From an uncultured Verrucomicrobiae bacterium (GTDB lineage: Bacteria; Verrucomicrobiota; Verrucomicrobiia; Palsa-1439): a stretch of 64,000 bases of DNA. Positions 10,571-21,784 of the stretch are shown piece after piece. How positions within the stretch are numbered: position 1 is the first letter of the stretch; each line of letters opens with the position of its first letter. The position numbers and the translations under genes were made by a program. The DNA lies in the NCBI GenBank assembly GCA_963812605.1, contig CAWEWF010000014.1:672001-736000 (forward strand), written 5' to 3'. The notes below the pieces were generated by a model that was not told the origin of the DNA, did not search any database, and saw nothing but the letters and a program-made list of their open reading frames with translations.

Positions 10571-12001
10571 CTAGGACCTCACCATCTTCATTGCGAGGCT
10601 CTTGCCGTGTTCAAGCAACTTCTTCACACGCGTGCTCGTGGCGGCTTCGCTGTAGATGCGAATGATCGGCTCGGTGCCGGAGGTGCGGAACATCAACCAG
10701 GAATCGTCCTTCGCAAGGTACTTCACGCCATCGAGGTCCTTCATCTGGACCAGCGGCACCCCGAGTAATTCCTTCGGCGGTTGGGTGCGCAGGGCCTCGA
10801 TGAAGCTTTCGCGCTTCTCCAGCGGAAACTTCATGTCGATGCGATCGTAGCAACTGGCGCCAAATTCCTTCTGCAGTTCGCGCGCAATCTCGGTGAGGCG
10901 TTTGCCGGTCATCGTCAACATCTCCAGCAGCATCAAATTGGCCAGCATGCCGTCACGCTCGGGAATATGACCCTGAAACCCGATGCCGCCGCTTTCTTCG
11001 CCGCCGATCAGCACATCCGTTTCGCGCATCTGTTCGCAGATGTATTTGAATCCCACCGGCACCTCCGCCATTCTCAAGCCGTTCGCGCGGCAAATGCGAT
11101 CGATGAGCACGGTGCTGTTGGCGGATTTCACCACCAAGCCGGTCTTCTGTCCGCGGTTGCGAATCAAATGCAGCAACAGCATGGCGAACACAAGCTGGAT
11201 CGACTCGTACTGGCCCTTGTCGTTCACGATGCCGAGCCGGTCCGCATCCCCGTCGGTCGCCAACCCAATTTGCGCGCGCGTCTTCTTTACCGCTTCGCAC
11301 AACGCGCCAAGGTTCTTGCCAATGGGCTCGGGGTTGATGCCGCCAAACAGCGGGTCGCGATTTGCCCGGATCGTCTCCACCCGACAGGCCGACTTCGCGA
11401 GAATCGTCTCCAACTGCGTGCCACCACAACCATACATCGAGTCCACGACAATCCGCAGCTTGTTCCCACGAATCTTTCTGAGATCGATGATCTTCTTCAC
11501 GGCCGCGACGTGCGCCGCGCGGGGATCGTAAATCGCAATCGACCCGCTCTTCACCGCTTCGTCGAAGCCGATCATACGGACGGGTGACCGGTCCACGCGC
11601 GCTTCCACTTGCGCGCAAATCTCGGGATCCGCCGGCCCGGCGTAATGCGCCTTGAGTTTGTAACCATTGAACTGGGGAGGATTGTGGCTGGCGGTGATCA
11701 TGACCGCTCCCGCAAGCGCCCGGTCGCGCACGGCGAACGTCACGGCCGGCGTCGGCACCGCCAGTGGCGGATAATAAGCCTTGATCCCATTGGCGGCGAG
11801 GACCTCGCACACCAGTTTCGCGTACGTCTCCGATAGAAAGCGATTATCGTAACCGACAATCGCTGCTTTCTGTGTGCCGACCAGGGAATTCCAATAATCC
11901 GCGGTCGCCTGGGCCACGCGACGCACGTTTTCAAACGTAAAATCCTCGGCGATCACTCCCCGCCAGCCGTCCGTCCCGAATTTAATCCTGGTTGGTTGCA
12001 T
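10571..12001 (-). CDS. Phosphoglucomutase/phosphomannomutase
   Basis: IKFGTDGWRG, ITASHNP (phosphoserine), DGDADR, GEESGG, RTSGTEP motifs. Confidence 0.95.
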   Translation of the reverse strand: MQPTRIKFGTDGWRGVIAEDFTFENVRRVAQATADYWNSLVGTQKAAIVGYDNRFLSETYAKLVCEVLAANGIKAYYPPLAVPTPAVTFAVRDRALAGAVMITASHNPPQFNGYKLKAHYAGPADPEICAQVEARVDRSPVRMIGFDEAVKSGSIAIYDPRAAHVAAVKKIIDLRKIRGNKLRIVVDSMYGCGGTQLETILAKSACRVETIRANRDPLFGGINPEPIGKNLGALCEAVKKTRAQIGLATDGDADRLGIVNDKGQYESIQLVFAMLLLHLIRNRGQKTGLVVKSANSTVLIDRICRANGLRMAEVPVGFKYICEQMRETDVLIGGEESGGIGFQGHIPERDGMLANLMLLEMLTMTGKRLTEIARELQKEFGASCYDRIDMKFPLEKRESFIEALRTQPPKELLGVPLVQMKDLDGVKYLAKDDSWLMFRTSGTEPIIRIYSEAATSTRVKKLLEHGKSLAMKMVRS

Positions 12002-12653
12002 GCTTCCTTAATTCCGCGATGGCTTCCTCCAGATTCAGCGTCTTATGCCGAAACAACGAATTTCCCGCCACCAGAATGGTCGCGCCGGCGGCGACACACT
12101 GGCGGCCTGTCTCCGGATTGATCCCCCCATCGACAATAATCGGCAAATTCGCCGCCACGGATCGCAGCGCGCGAACCTTCGGCAACATTTCCGGAAGGAA
12201 TGCCTGGCCGCCGAAGCCCGGATGCACCGTCATCACCAGCAGTTCATCGATTTGGCCGAGAAACGGCAACGCGCTCTCCGCCGTCGTGGTGGGGTTGATC
12301 GCCAGGCCCGCAGCCTTCCCGTGAGCGCGAATCTGCGCCAGTGTCTTCGCGACATCATGCGGCGCTTCGAGATGGACGATCAGGTGGCTTGCGCCAGCCG
12401 CGACGAATTGGTCAATGTATTGATCGGGGCGTTCGATCATCAGGTGCACATCCAGCGGCAGCTTCGTTGCCTTGCGGAAGGCGGCGATTGTATCGGGACC
12501 GAACGTGATATTTGGCACAAAATGGCCATCCATCACATCGCAATGCAGCCAATCTCCCCCACCCTGCTCCGTCCGTTGCGCATCCCGCGCGAAATGGCCA
12601 AAATCGCCGGCAAGAATCGAAGGGGCGACGACGATGTTTCGCGGTGCGGTCAC
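11982..12653 (-). CDS. rpe: Ribulose-phosphate 3-epimerase
   Basis: APSIL, HCDVMDGHFVPNITFG, DVHLMI, MTVHPGFGGQ, VDGGIN. Confidence 0.97.
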   Translation of the reverse strand: MTAPRNIVVAPSILAGDFGHFARDAQRTEQGGGDWLHCDVMDGHFVPNITFGPDTIAAFRKATKLPLDVHLMIERPDQYIDQFVAAGASHLIVHLEAPHDVAKTLAQIRAHGKAAGLAINPTTTAESALPFLGQIDELLVMTVHPGFGGQAFLPEMLPKVRALRSVAANLPIIVDGGINPETGRQCVAAGATILVAGNSLFRHKTLNLEEAIAELRKHATNQD

Positions 12654-13039
12654 TTCCCTGGCCGTTGGATAAGTTCGATTTCGTAGCCTTCCGGCGCGTC
12701 AATAAAGGCGAAAATCGTGCCCGGCGCCGATCCCACCGGTCCGTCGGACAATTTCACGCCCTTCTTCTCGAGCTGCTTCGCGAAAGCTGCTAGATCGTCC
12801 ACCTCGAACGCGAGGTGCGTGAGATCCGGCGGCACGTGGACGGGGCCGCTCGCCGGGTAGCAGCAGAGCTCGATCTCCTCTGCGCTTTCGGGGGCCTTCA
12901 TAAAAACCAATTCCGAGCCGCGCGGTGATTTGTGCCGGCCGGTTTCCTCGAGACCCAGCACGTCCCGATAGAACGCAACCGTCTTCTCCAAGTCGTTCAC
13001 ACGAAAGCGGGTATGGAGCAATTTGCGGATCTTCGCCAT
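12650..13039 (-). CDS. VOC / lactoylglutathione lyase family protein
   Basis: LLHTRFRVNDLEKTVAFY, HLAFEVDDL, FIDAPEGYEIELI; GAGGAG RBS before ATG 13039. Confidence 0.88.
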   Translation of the reverse strand: MAKIRKLLHTRFRVNDLEKTVAFYRDVLGLEETGRHKSPRGSELVFMKAPESAEEIELCCYPASGPVHVPPDLTHLAFEVDDLAAFAKQLEKKGVKLSDGPVGSAPGTIFAFIDAPEGYEIELIQRPGK

Positions 13040-13250
13040 ATTCTCCTCAGTGGCCATGTTGGTTCGGAAACGGCCCTTCCGAGCCGTACTTCTGGACATA
13101 CCAGTAGTCCGCCGCCATCAGTAGCAGGATAACGGCCAAAAACAGCGCAATCGCAACCAGTACTTTCCTCATCGCGTTTGACTGTAATGGAAACCTGCCC
13201 GCGGGACAAGCCGCGAGCAGGATCACGCGCCAGCGAATGTTCCGCCGCCG

Positions 13251-16200
13251 CTATTTGAAGAGATCGATGGTGATCTTCTCGGCGGCTGTATCCGTGCCCT
13301 TCAACTTTAGCGCAGCAGGACTGGTAGCGCTGAAGGTACCCGAGAAGTTGATCGACTTGCTATCGAACGTAACGTAGCCAACAACCTTGTCGTGGGACGT
13401 CACCAGCAATTGCCCCACCACCGTGCCCGGAGCAGCGCTCGTGGCAATGTCGAATACGGCGGCATCCGTGGCGTTGGAACTGATTATGTAGTTCACCGCA
13501 GCCGCTGTCTTGACCACCGTCACCGCGCCCGTCCAGGTACCGCTGACATCCGGGAAGGTCGTCGCCAGCACGCCCTTCCAGTGGAACGTGCCCGAAGCAG
13601 TCGGCACGGTCGCGCTGATACCCTTGAGACTCTTGGCTTTCAACGACAGAGTACCGGTCCAATTTGTCGTGCTGCCGGTCTCTTCGAGGAAGGGTCCCGT
13701 CACCAGTCCCTTGGCGGCGAAGCTCCAATGGCCCGACACATCATCCAATCCAAACGTCTTGAGCCGAATCCCAAAGCCGCTCGCGCTATAGTCATCCTCG
13801 AACGTCAGGAATTCGTAGCCTTTGTCGGCCCCGGCGATCTTGACCTCCCAATCGCCCAGGGGCGAGTTCTTCGCCCCGACGGTAATGGTCACCCCCGCGG
13901 AGATATTGGTCAGGCCAAATATCTCACTCGCACGCGCGCTAAGGACATGGATGCCGGGCGTGGGATGGAACACGTTTGTTCCGGGGTTCGAGGTCGTTGA
14001 CCCGAGCTCCGTGATGCCATCGAAGAATTCAATGTTACCGACGGTGCCGCCATCGTTGGCGACGGCATTGGCGACAATGGTGACCGCCAAGTTCGTGGCC
14101 GGCGGGTACAACATGCCGTTCCCAGGACGCGCGATGGTCACCGTTGGCGGCGTGCTCACGGCATTCGTTACCGTAATCAGATTCGCTCTATTGGTCGAAC
14201 TCGAACCCGCCGGACCCGAGACCGTAAGGGTAACGGAGTAGATGCCGGCGTTGGAATACGTGTGACTCGGGCTGGTCAGGGCACTGGCGCCGCCATCGCC
14301 GAACAGCCATGAGTGGTTCGTAATCGAGCCCGTCGAGGCATCGGTGAAGTTCACCAAGAGCGGCACCACGCCACTCAAGGGACTGGCGGTGAATGCCGCC
14401 ACGGGGGCGCCGACGAAATTCGTCACGGTAATGAAATTCGGGCGCGCCAGCGTGTTCGAGCCGAGCGGGCCCAAAACCGTCAAGCTGACCGAGAAAGTTC
14501 CCGCGTTCGTGTAGGGGTGACTCGGACTGGTCAGAGTGCTTGTCCCTCCATCACCGAAGGCCCACAGCCGGCCCGTCACCGTGCCGCTGGAAGCATCGGT
14601 GAAATTCACCAGCAGCGTCGCCGCGCCGTTGGTCGGGGTCCCGTTAAAGCCCGCGACCGGTGCAACTGCACCCGAACCGGTGACGGCGTTGGTCGAGACA
14701 CCGCCGTTACTGGTGAATACAACGGAACCTGTAAACGCTCCGACGGCCACCGGATTGAACGCCACGTCGACGGTCCCCGTTTGACCGCTGGCGACATTGT
14801 ACGGCGTGCCACTGATGGTAGTGAATGGACCGCTGAGGACAGTCGCTGTTCCCGACAACAGAGCCGCCCCCTCGTTGACGACGGAGAAGCTTTGTGTGCT
14901 GCTCTGACCGACAGCGAGGAGTCCATAATTGAGGCTTGCGGGCAAAACCACCTGCTGTGCAACCGTGCCGATCCCCGTCACGGTATTCGTGGCTCCGCCA
15001 CCGTTGCTGGCGAAGACTACCTGGCTGGTGAAGTTGCCCGCGGTCAGCGGCGTGAAATTAACAAATACATTCGTCGAGCCGAAGGCGGTCACGTTGAAGG
15101 GACTGCCCGAGGCGATCGCAAATGGGGCGCCGCCAACGACCGCCGTTCCGGCAAGCGTCGTTGCGCCACTGTTGGTCACTACAAAGCTGACCTGCGCGGT
15201 CGTGCCTGTAAAAACCGCTCCAAAGGACTGACTCGCGGGCGTCGCGGCAAGAGTGGCGGGTACCAAAGCACTGTCGATGTTGGTGGCGGTATTGTTCGCC
15301 AGGCTTGGGTCGGGGCTAAACGCGCTCGCTTCCGCAAGATTGGTCAACGAGGCGCTCGACGACGGATCCACGAGCAGGCTGATCGAAGCCGTGGTGCCAT
15401 TGGTCAGATCCTGGAGATTACAAATAACGCGCCCAAACACATCCGTTACGCAGGCGCCCTGGCTTGGCGTTGCGGAAATGAACACAACGCTGTCCGGCGG
15501 GGTATCCGTCACCATGGTGCCAAACGCAATGCCCGGTCCAATGTTGGTCACCGTGATTGTGTAGGTGAGATTACTGCCGACGAACACAGGACTGGATGAG
15601 GCGGATTGACTGATCGCCAGATCGGCTTCACTGCCGGCCGTGCAACAGTTGCCGCCGTCGTTGATCTCAACGCCGTCAATCAGCCAGCCATTGCCGCCGC
15701 CACTGTCAGCAGTCACACAGCGCCAGCGCAATGTGACGTTTTGGCCGGCAGCAGCGGCCGGCAGGTTCACCAAGGTGGTGATCCAACCGCCGGAATTGCC
15801 CGACCATGCCGCCAGACCGACGAGACTGCTGTTCGAGTTGCTGTTGATAATATGTGAATAGCCGCCCTGCTCGAAACTGCCGCCGGCGTCCAGGATATCG
15901 TCGAACGCGCCCGCGCCGATCGCGATTTCGAGCACGCCACCATCAAAGCCCGGCACCAAGTCGTAGTTATTGCGGAAAATCATTTGCGCATTGGAGCTGG
16001 TGATCGCAATACTCGGCGTAATAAGCTGCGCCTCGCCCAGGTCATTCGTATCGGGGCAAAAAGCCGCATTTGGCGCTGTGTCCGCATCGCTGTTGGTCGT
16101 GACCCAGCCCGACAACGCACCGCTTCCGACGGTGGACCAACCGGCCGGCAAGGCCGGCGCTGTGACGGAATCGAAATTCTGGGTGAAAACGCCGTTGGGC

Positions 16201-18027
16201 GTGCCGACCGGCAAAAGGAAACTCACGGTGCCAAGATTCACCGCCCCACTCTGCAGTTGGAGAGTTGCCAGAACGTTGCTGCCGCACGCGGCATCGACGA
16301 GGAACGAGATCACACTCGTGTTCGTCGTTCCACCCGCCAGGATTGTCCCAAAGTTGTGTGGCGCAGCGGGTGAGGTCACGCCGCCTGTGGCCTGCAAGGT
16401 TCCGACCACGTTGGTCGCATCCTGGCCACCGATATTCAGCAAGGAAAACTGGACGGCCGCGTGTTCAAAAGGATCGATAACGCCGTTGGTCGGGCTGCAA
16501 CTTCCGCTCACGACCACCGCATTGCTGGCAATGACGTGGGGACCGACCAGGACGTTGCCCCACCAGGTACCCCAAAGTGAAATACCCTCGATTGGGGTGG
16601 CGGAATACTCCTGAATCGTCCACATGTCGGTATCGTTGACAGGATCCACAATTGTCGAGGTATGGTCACCCCAACGGTCGCTACGGTCAAAAGGCGATTC
16701 GCCGGCCTTGAGCAGGGTTTCTCCCTCAAGCGTGTTCGTGGGGTCGGTCCCAGCACGGAAAGCGAAGTAAGCACTGGGGAAATTGGTTGCGCAGAACCGC
16801 ACGTACCCAATGAGGGCGTCGTTGTTTTGGTTCACGGCGATACTCGGATAACCGTAAAATAGATTGCCGGTGGGATCGTCAAGGCGGCCCCGCTGGAGGA
16901 TCGTGCCATCGGCGCGGATCTGCCACCATTGAATGGCGCTACGGGTGGCGGAACCCCCCGCGGGAAGGAAAACGGTATGGGCGGCCCAAATCGCGCCGTT
17001 GCGGTAAACGGTCTCGGACAAACGGGAATCGTCCAGCCCGATCATTTGCGCGGTTCCCAGCTGCGGCGCAAAATCATACGATGGCGAAAAATCATCCCAC
17101 GGATTCGGCGTGCTAACCTGCGGCCCGATCTGCAGGATTTCCGACCCGACGGTGCCGGTGATCGAAAGCACTCGCAACAAGCCATCGCCACCGGAGTCGC
17201 CGGTAATTTCCGTCAGCATGTATAGATTGGACAGTGTGCTGTCATATGTCGCCGCCGGGCAGTTGGATGGTGCCGAAATTGGAAATATCCGCATTGATGA
17301 ATTCGGTGTAGTGTCCCGTTCCGCCCGCGTACAGGTCGGCCTTGTCGAAAGCGTAAATCTGGGATTGCGCGAAGGCTGCGAGGGTACCCGGCCCGTTGGT
17401 AAACGCGGTCACCGAGACCACGACCCAATTGGTATTAAAACCGAAACTCGGGTAATTGACCCAATTGGCGCCGTTGGTGTCGGCAGGGACTCGATAAAGG
17501 TTCCAATTGCCGGTGGGATCGCTGGTCTGGGAGACCCCGATCAGGGTCGAGGAAGTGTTTGTGTTGTAATCCGCCACAGCGGTGGTTATCCAACGGCCTT
17601 GGTAGGGGTCGTAAAGCACCTTCGGGTCGAACGCGCCGCGCGGGTCGAGGTATGGGCCGAGCACTCCCCAAAACTGCTGCAACGTAATCATGCTGAGGAC
17701 TGTGCCGTCGCGTTTTTGGATGCGAATTGAGTTATCCAACATCGAGACCACGTGATTCGGTCCAATCGCACCGCCGGGGAATGGCGGATCCTGCGTGCCG
17801 CCATCGTCCTGCGCCTCGAACGTGATGGCCGGGGGTGACGAGGTGAGGTTTGTGCCGGGAACCGATACCGCCGGGTTCGTCACCAGGCTGCTAAAGTTAA
17901 TGACGGCCCTGGTCGCCGCTGTACCGGGTGTGCCCGTAAAGGTTTGGCCAAATGCCTGCCCCACCAGCATGACAAACGAAACGGTAAAAAGCAATGCACC
18001 GACCTGGCGATGGTCACGCGAAAACAT
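13251..18027 (-). CDS. Large (~1590 aa) secreted multidomain surface protein with DUF11, Ig-like and two PKD domains; frameshift near 17257
   Basis: ORFs 17242-18036 (signal peptide, GPNHVV, FDPKVLYD) and 13251-17294 join if one C is removed (CTGCCCGGCGGCG). ADLAISQSASS (DUF11) and two WxFGDGG...HxYxNAG (PKD) motifs. Confidence 0.8.
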
Positions 18028-18253
18028 GGTCCCCACTCCTTTTTGTTACCGACAAATCTTCCTCCTCGGCAGTTCGTACGGAACGCGAATGTATCAGGAA
18101 ACGTCATTCTGACAAGCCCAAAGTGAACATCAAACAACCAAACCCTCCTAGGAAGGCCGCCTATGGCAATTTCCAAGCTGTCAGAATCGCGTAACTTTTT
18201 TTGCGCCACTTCAACTCTTGCACTGCCGGGCAGAAACATTAGACTGCGCTCTC

Positions 18254-19033
18254 ATGCTCATCGACTACCACATGCACACGGAGTTGACCGACGGAACGGG
18301 ACGACCCGCTGATTACGCCCGTGTCGCCGTGGAGCGCGGCCTTGACGAAATTGGCTGCTCGGACCACGCGCCCCTGGCCGACCGCGAGACGGATTGGACC
18401 ATGAAGAAGTCGGACCTGGAAACCTACGTCGACTGGGTGCGCGAGGCACAGGCAAAATTCCCACAGTTGCCGATCAAACTCGGGCTCGAGGTGGATTACT
18501 TGCCGGGGTGCGAGGGCTGGGTGCGGGAGTTGGCGACGATGTACCCCTGGGATTTCTTTCTCGGTAGTGTCCATTACCTGGGCGAGTTTCCCGTCGATCG
18601 CAGCGCGAAGGACTGGGAGGCGGAAGACGTGGAGGCACGCTGGCGCGAGTATTTTGAAGTCTGGAAAAAGGCGGCGCAAACCCGCCTGTTCGACTCCCTT
18701 TCCCACCCCGACCTGCCCAAAAAATTCAACTTCCGCCCCCAGACGGATTTCAGCAGTGTTTATGACGACGCGCTGCGTGTCGTCGCGGAATCCGAGATGG
18801 CGATTGAAGTCAGCACGGCCGGATTGCGCAAACCGTGCCGGGAGATTTACCCAAGCGAATCCTTCTTGAAGATCGCGCGCCGACGGAATGTCCCGATCAC
18901 CTTGGGCAGCGACGCGCACATCCCGCAAGACGTGGGCGCGAATTACGGCAAGGCCCTGGCGCTGGCCCGCTCGTGCGGTTACGACAGGATTTGCCGCTTC
19001 ACCCTGCGGAAGCGGGAACTCGTGAAGCTGTAA
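18254..19033 (+). CDS. Histidinol-phosphatase, PHP/HisJ family
   Basis: DYHMHT, SDHAP, GLEVDY, GSVH, HPDLPK, GSDAH metal-binding motifs. Confidence 0.88.
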   Translation: MLIDYHMHTELTDGTGRPADYARVAVERGLDEIGCSDHAPLADRETDWTMKKSDLETYVDWVREAQAKFPQLPIKLGLEVDYLPGCEGWVRELATMYPWDFFLGSVHYLGEFPVDRSAKDWEAEDVEARWREYFEVWKKAAQTRLFDSLSHPDLPKKFNFRPQTDFSSVYDDALRVVAESEMAIEVSTAGLRKPCREIYPSESFLKIARRRNVPITLGSDAHIPQDVGANYGKALALARSCGYDRICRFTLRKRELVKL

Positions 19034-19057
19034 GCGACCATGCGGGATCGCGCCCTG

Positions 19058-19693
19058 TCACTTCAATCGGTAGTGTCCGATGATATGAAACTGGAACAGG
19101 ACATCTTCTTCCTGGGTCCCGCCGCCGATGTTGTGGATCACCAGCGGCACGCCCTTTTGATTCCGTCGGTCGGAAACGATCCCAATATGCGTGATGCCAC
19201 CTCCCAGATCCCAGGCTACGATGTCTCCGGCGACAAAGTTCTCCACCTTCTCGTCATGGGATTGTGCATAACCCTTCCGTTGAAAATAGGTCATTAGGTT
19301 GGGAACGCGCCGGTGATCGATGCTCGGATCCGGCTTCTTCAAACCCCATTTTTGGGGGTAGGCTGCGAAATCCTGGCCCATGTCCTGATGGATTTCCTTC
19401 TGCAGATCGATCCCCTGCTCGCGCAAGGCGCGGACCACCACATCCGCACATACGCCGGTGGTTTTTGGTAGATCGCCGCCAGGATAGTCCAGCTTGCGAT
19501 AGGCAGAGTCGTACGACACCGTGACCCCAATCTGACTTCTCGCCGACGCGACCAGCTTATCCGGTCGAACCTCGGCAGAGCAAACTGCGGTCGCAACCAC
19601 TAAGAAAGCTGCAACAAACTTCAGCACATTCTTCAGGGTAACAGTTCCCCCTACGGACTGCGGCGCAAATACTCGGGCGCGCAGTCCTGCCAA
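19058..19693 (-). CDS. DUF1287 (YijF-like) protein; start uncertain
   Basis: YPGGD..GVCADVVVRALR, DLQKEIHQDM, IDHRRVPNL, HIGIVSD, IHNIG. Confidence 0.85.
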   Translation of the reverse strand: MAGLRARVFAPQSVGGTVTLKNVLKFVAAFLVVATAVCSAEVRPDKLVASARSQIGVTVSYDSAYRKLDYPGGDLPKTTGVCADVVVRALREQGIDLQKEIHQDMGQDFAAYPQKWGLKKPDPSIDHRRVPNLMTYFQRKGYAQSHDEKVENFVAGDIVAWDLGGGITHIGIVSDRRNQKGVPLVIHNIGGGTQEEDVLFQFHIIGHYRLK

Positions 19694-19698
19694 TCAAC

Positions 19699-20043
19699 CT
19701 ACTTCGTTGCCGCGAGTACGGCGTCAAAAGCCTTGGGATCGTTCGTCGCGAGCTCGGCGAGGATCTTGCGGTCGAGCGCGATGTTAGCTTTCTTGAGCGC
19801 GGCGATGAAGCGGCTGTAATTGATGCCTTGGGCGCGGCAGGCGGCGTTGATGCGCAAGGTCCAGAGGGTGCGATAATCCGCTTTCTTGTCCTTGCGATGG
19901 GCGAAACTGTAGGTCAGGCCGTGCCAGACCGCGTTCTTCGCGTAACGGAATTTTTTGCTGCGCCAGCCGCGATAACCGGCGGCGGCTTTGATCATCCGTT
20001 TGCGGCGGCGCTGGCTGGCGGGGGCATTAGTGGCTCTTGGCAT
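19699..20043 (-). CDS. rplT: 50S ribosomal protein L20
   Basis: [47 protein letters not shown]. Confidence 0.97.
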   Translation of the reverse strand: MPRATNAPASQRRRKRMIKAAAGYRGWRSKKFRYAKNAVWHGLTYSFAHRKDKKADYRTLWTLRINAACRAQGINYSRFIAALKKANIALDRKILAELATNDPKAFDAVLAATK

Positions 20044-20092
20044 GGTGGTGAACTCCTGGGATTTTCAAATTGTCGATTTCAGCGGCTGTCAA

Positions 20093-20308
20093 TTAACCGC
20101 GATGACTGAATGGCATCACGTCCGTAATATGGTGCATATGGGTTACGCTGACCGCCTTGGTCTGGCCCAGGCGCCGCTTGTGCTTCGAGGACTTGTGTCC
20201 GTTCAGATGCCGCTTGCCTGCGCCGTAGCGCATCACTTTACCGGTCGCCGTGATCTTGAATCGCTTCGCGGCGGCTTTTTTTGTCTTGGCTGATTTCCAA
20301 CGTGGCAT
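20093..20308 (-). CDS. rpmI: 50S ribosomal protein L35
   Basis: [32 protein letters not shown]; lies between infC and rplT. Confidence 0.95.
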   Translation of the reverse strand: MPRWKSAKTKKAAAKRFKITATGKVMRYGAGKRHLNGHKSSKHKRRLGQTKAVSVTHMHHITDVMPFSHRG

Positions 20309-20331
20309 GTGCCGTTTCCTTCCAAAAATTT

Positions 20332-20889
20332 CTACGCTTCTTTTTCTTCTTCGTCCCGTGAGCCGTCCTGCTTCTTTCCGCCGCGCACGGGCGAGATCAT
20401 CATGGTGATGCTGCGTCCCATCAGCTTCGGCATCACCTCGGCCCGACTGCAACCCTGCAGATCCTCGATGATTTTCTGCATCAATTTATTGCCGTACTCC
20501 GGATGCGCGTTTTCGCGGCCCCGCAGCATCATGGTCACCTTTACCTTCATCCCGTCGCCGAGAAAATCCCGCATGTGATTGACCTTCGTCTCATAATCAT
20601 GCGGATCGATGTTCAACCGAATCTTGATTTCCTTCAGTTTGGTCGCGTGATGATGCTTGCGCGCTTCGCGGTCCCGCTTTTCCTGCTCGTACTTGTACTT
20701 GCCGAAATCGACGATGCGGCAAACCGGCGGCGTCGCGTTCGGCGCGACTTCCACCAAATCGTATCCTCGCTGCATGGCCGCCGCCAACGCCTGGCTGGTG
20801 GGCAGCACCCCGAGTTGCTTCCCGTCTGAGTCGATGACTCGTACTTCGCGCGCGCGAATCTTCTGGTTGACACGAACAAACTGTTGAAT
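20332..20889 (-). CDS. infC: Translation initiation factor IF-3, ATT start codon
   Basis: [47 protein letters not shown] lies 7 nt before an in-frame ATT; the frame is closed upstream by TAA with no ATG/GTG/TTG in between. Confidence 0.95.
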   Translation of the reverse strand: MQQFVRVNQKIRAREVRVIDSDGKQLGVLPTSQALAAAMQRGYDLVEVAPNATPPVCRIVDFGKYKYEQEKRDREARKHHHATKLKEIKIRLNIDPHDYETKVNHMRDFLGDGMKVKVTMMLRGRENAHPEYGNKLMQKIIEDLQGCSRAEVMPKLMGRSITMMISPVRGGKKQDGSRDEEEKEA

Positions 20890-21085
20890 TGCTCCGACCT
20901 CCTGTTGGCCCTCAGCGGGTTGGCTTGGTTAAATGACTTCGCTCACAATTCTTTATATCGTAAATGCGTCCTGCGCTCCGTCAGCGTTAGCTTCCAACCG
21001 TCGATGCAGGCACGAATAGGCTCTCCTTTTACGGCTTTTCCCCCGTCAATGCAACAGTCTTTTTGAGCCCCATCCCTCAAGACCG

Positions 21086-21784
21086 TCAGGCCTGCTCTTT
21101 CAGGCCGTTTTCAAAGCGGTAACCGATCTCGCGGATGGTATGGATAAACGTGGGACGATGCGGGTCGGGCTCGATCTTGCTTCGCAGCGTGGTCACGCAA
21201 CGATCCACGCTGCGCGCGGTAACCATGACGGTATTACCCCAGACGGCGTTCATAATGCTGTCCCGCGTGAACGCGCGCCCGGGGTGTTGGAGAAAGTATT
21301 CGAGCAGGCGAAACTCCTTGTTCGTCAGCGGCACCTCGACGCCGTCCTTGAGCAGTCGGTGGGAGACGGTGTCGAGGTCGCAGCATCCGAACTGGTAGCT
21401 GGCCGACGCGCCCGCCTGCCGTCGACGGAGAAATGCCTGCGCGCGCGCCACCAGCTCACGCACGCTGAACGGCTTGGTAATGTAATCGTCCGCGCCGAGT
21501 TCCAGGCCGCGCACGATGTCTTCCTCCTGCCCTTTGGCCGTCAGCATGAGGATTGGCATTTCCAGTTTTTCGGCGCGGACAGCCCGGCAGATTTCAAAGC
21601 CGTTGATCTTCGGCAACATGATGTCGAGGAGGATGAGATCGGGTCGGCCATTCAAGGCGGCCTCCAACCCTTCCTCGCCGTCACGCGCGATTTGGACGTG
21701 ATAGCCGCGCGTGGCAAAGTTATCTTTGATCACGCGCAGGATTGTCGGGTCATCTTCGATGATGAGGATCTTGGACGGGGTCAT
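21086..21784 (-). CDS. OmpR-family response regulator
   Basis: ILIIEDD, LLDIMLP, GADDYITKPF, winged-helix RSVDRCVTTLRSKIE..GYRF. Confidence 0.93.
   Translation of the reverse strand: MTPSKILIIEDDPTILRVIKDNFATRGYHVQIARDGEEGLEAALNGRPDLILLDIMLPKINGFEICRAVRAEKLEMPILMLTAKGQEEDIVRGLELGADDYITKPFSVRELVARAQAFLRRRQAGASASYQFGCCDLDTVSHRLLKDGVEVPLTNKEFRLLEYFLQHPGRAFTRDSIMNAVWGNTVMVTARSVDRCVTTLRSKIEPDPHRPTFIHTIREIGYRFENGLKEQA

Noticed and set aside
20900-21010. L20-leader-type RNA upstream of infC
   Set aside because: No convincing stem or motif could be identified by eye.
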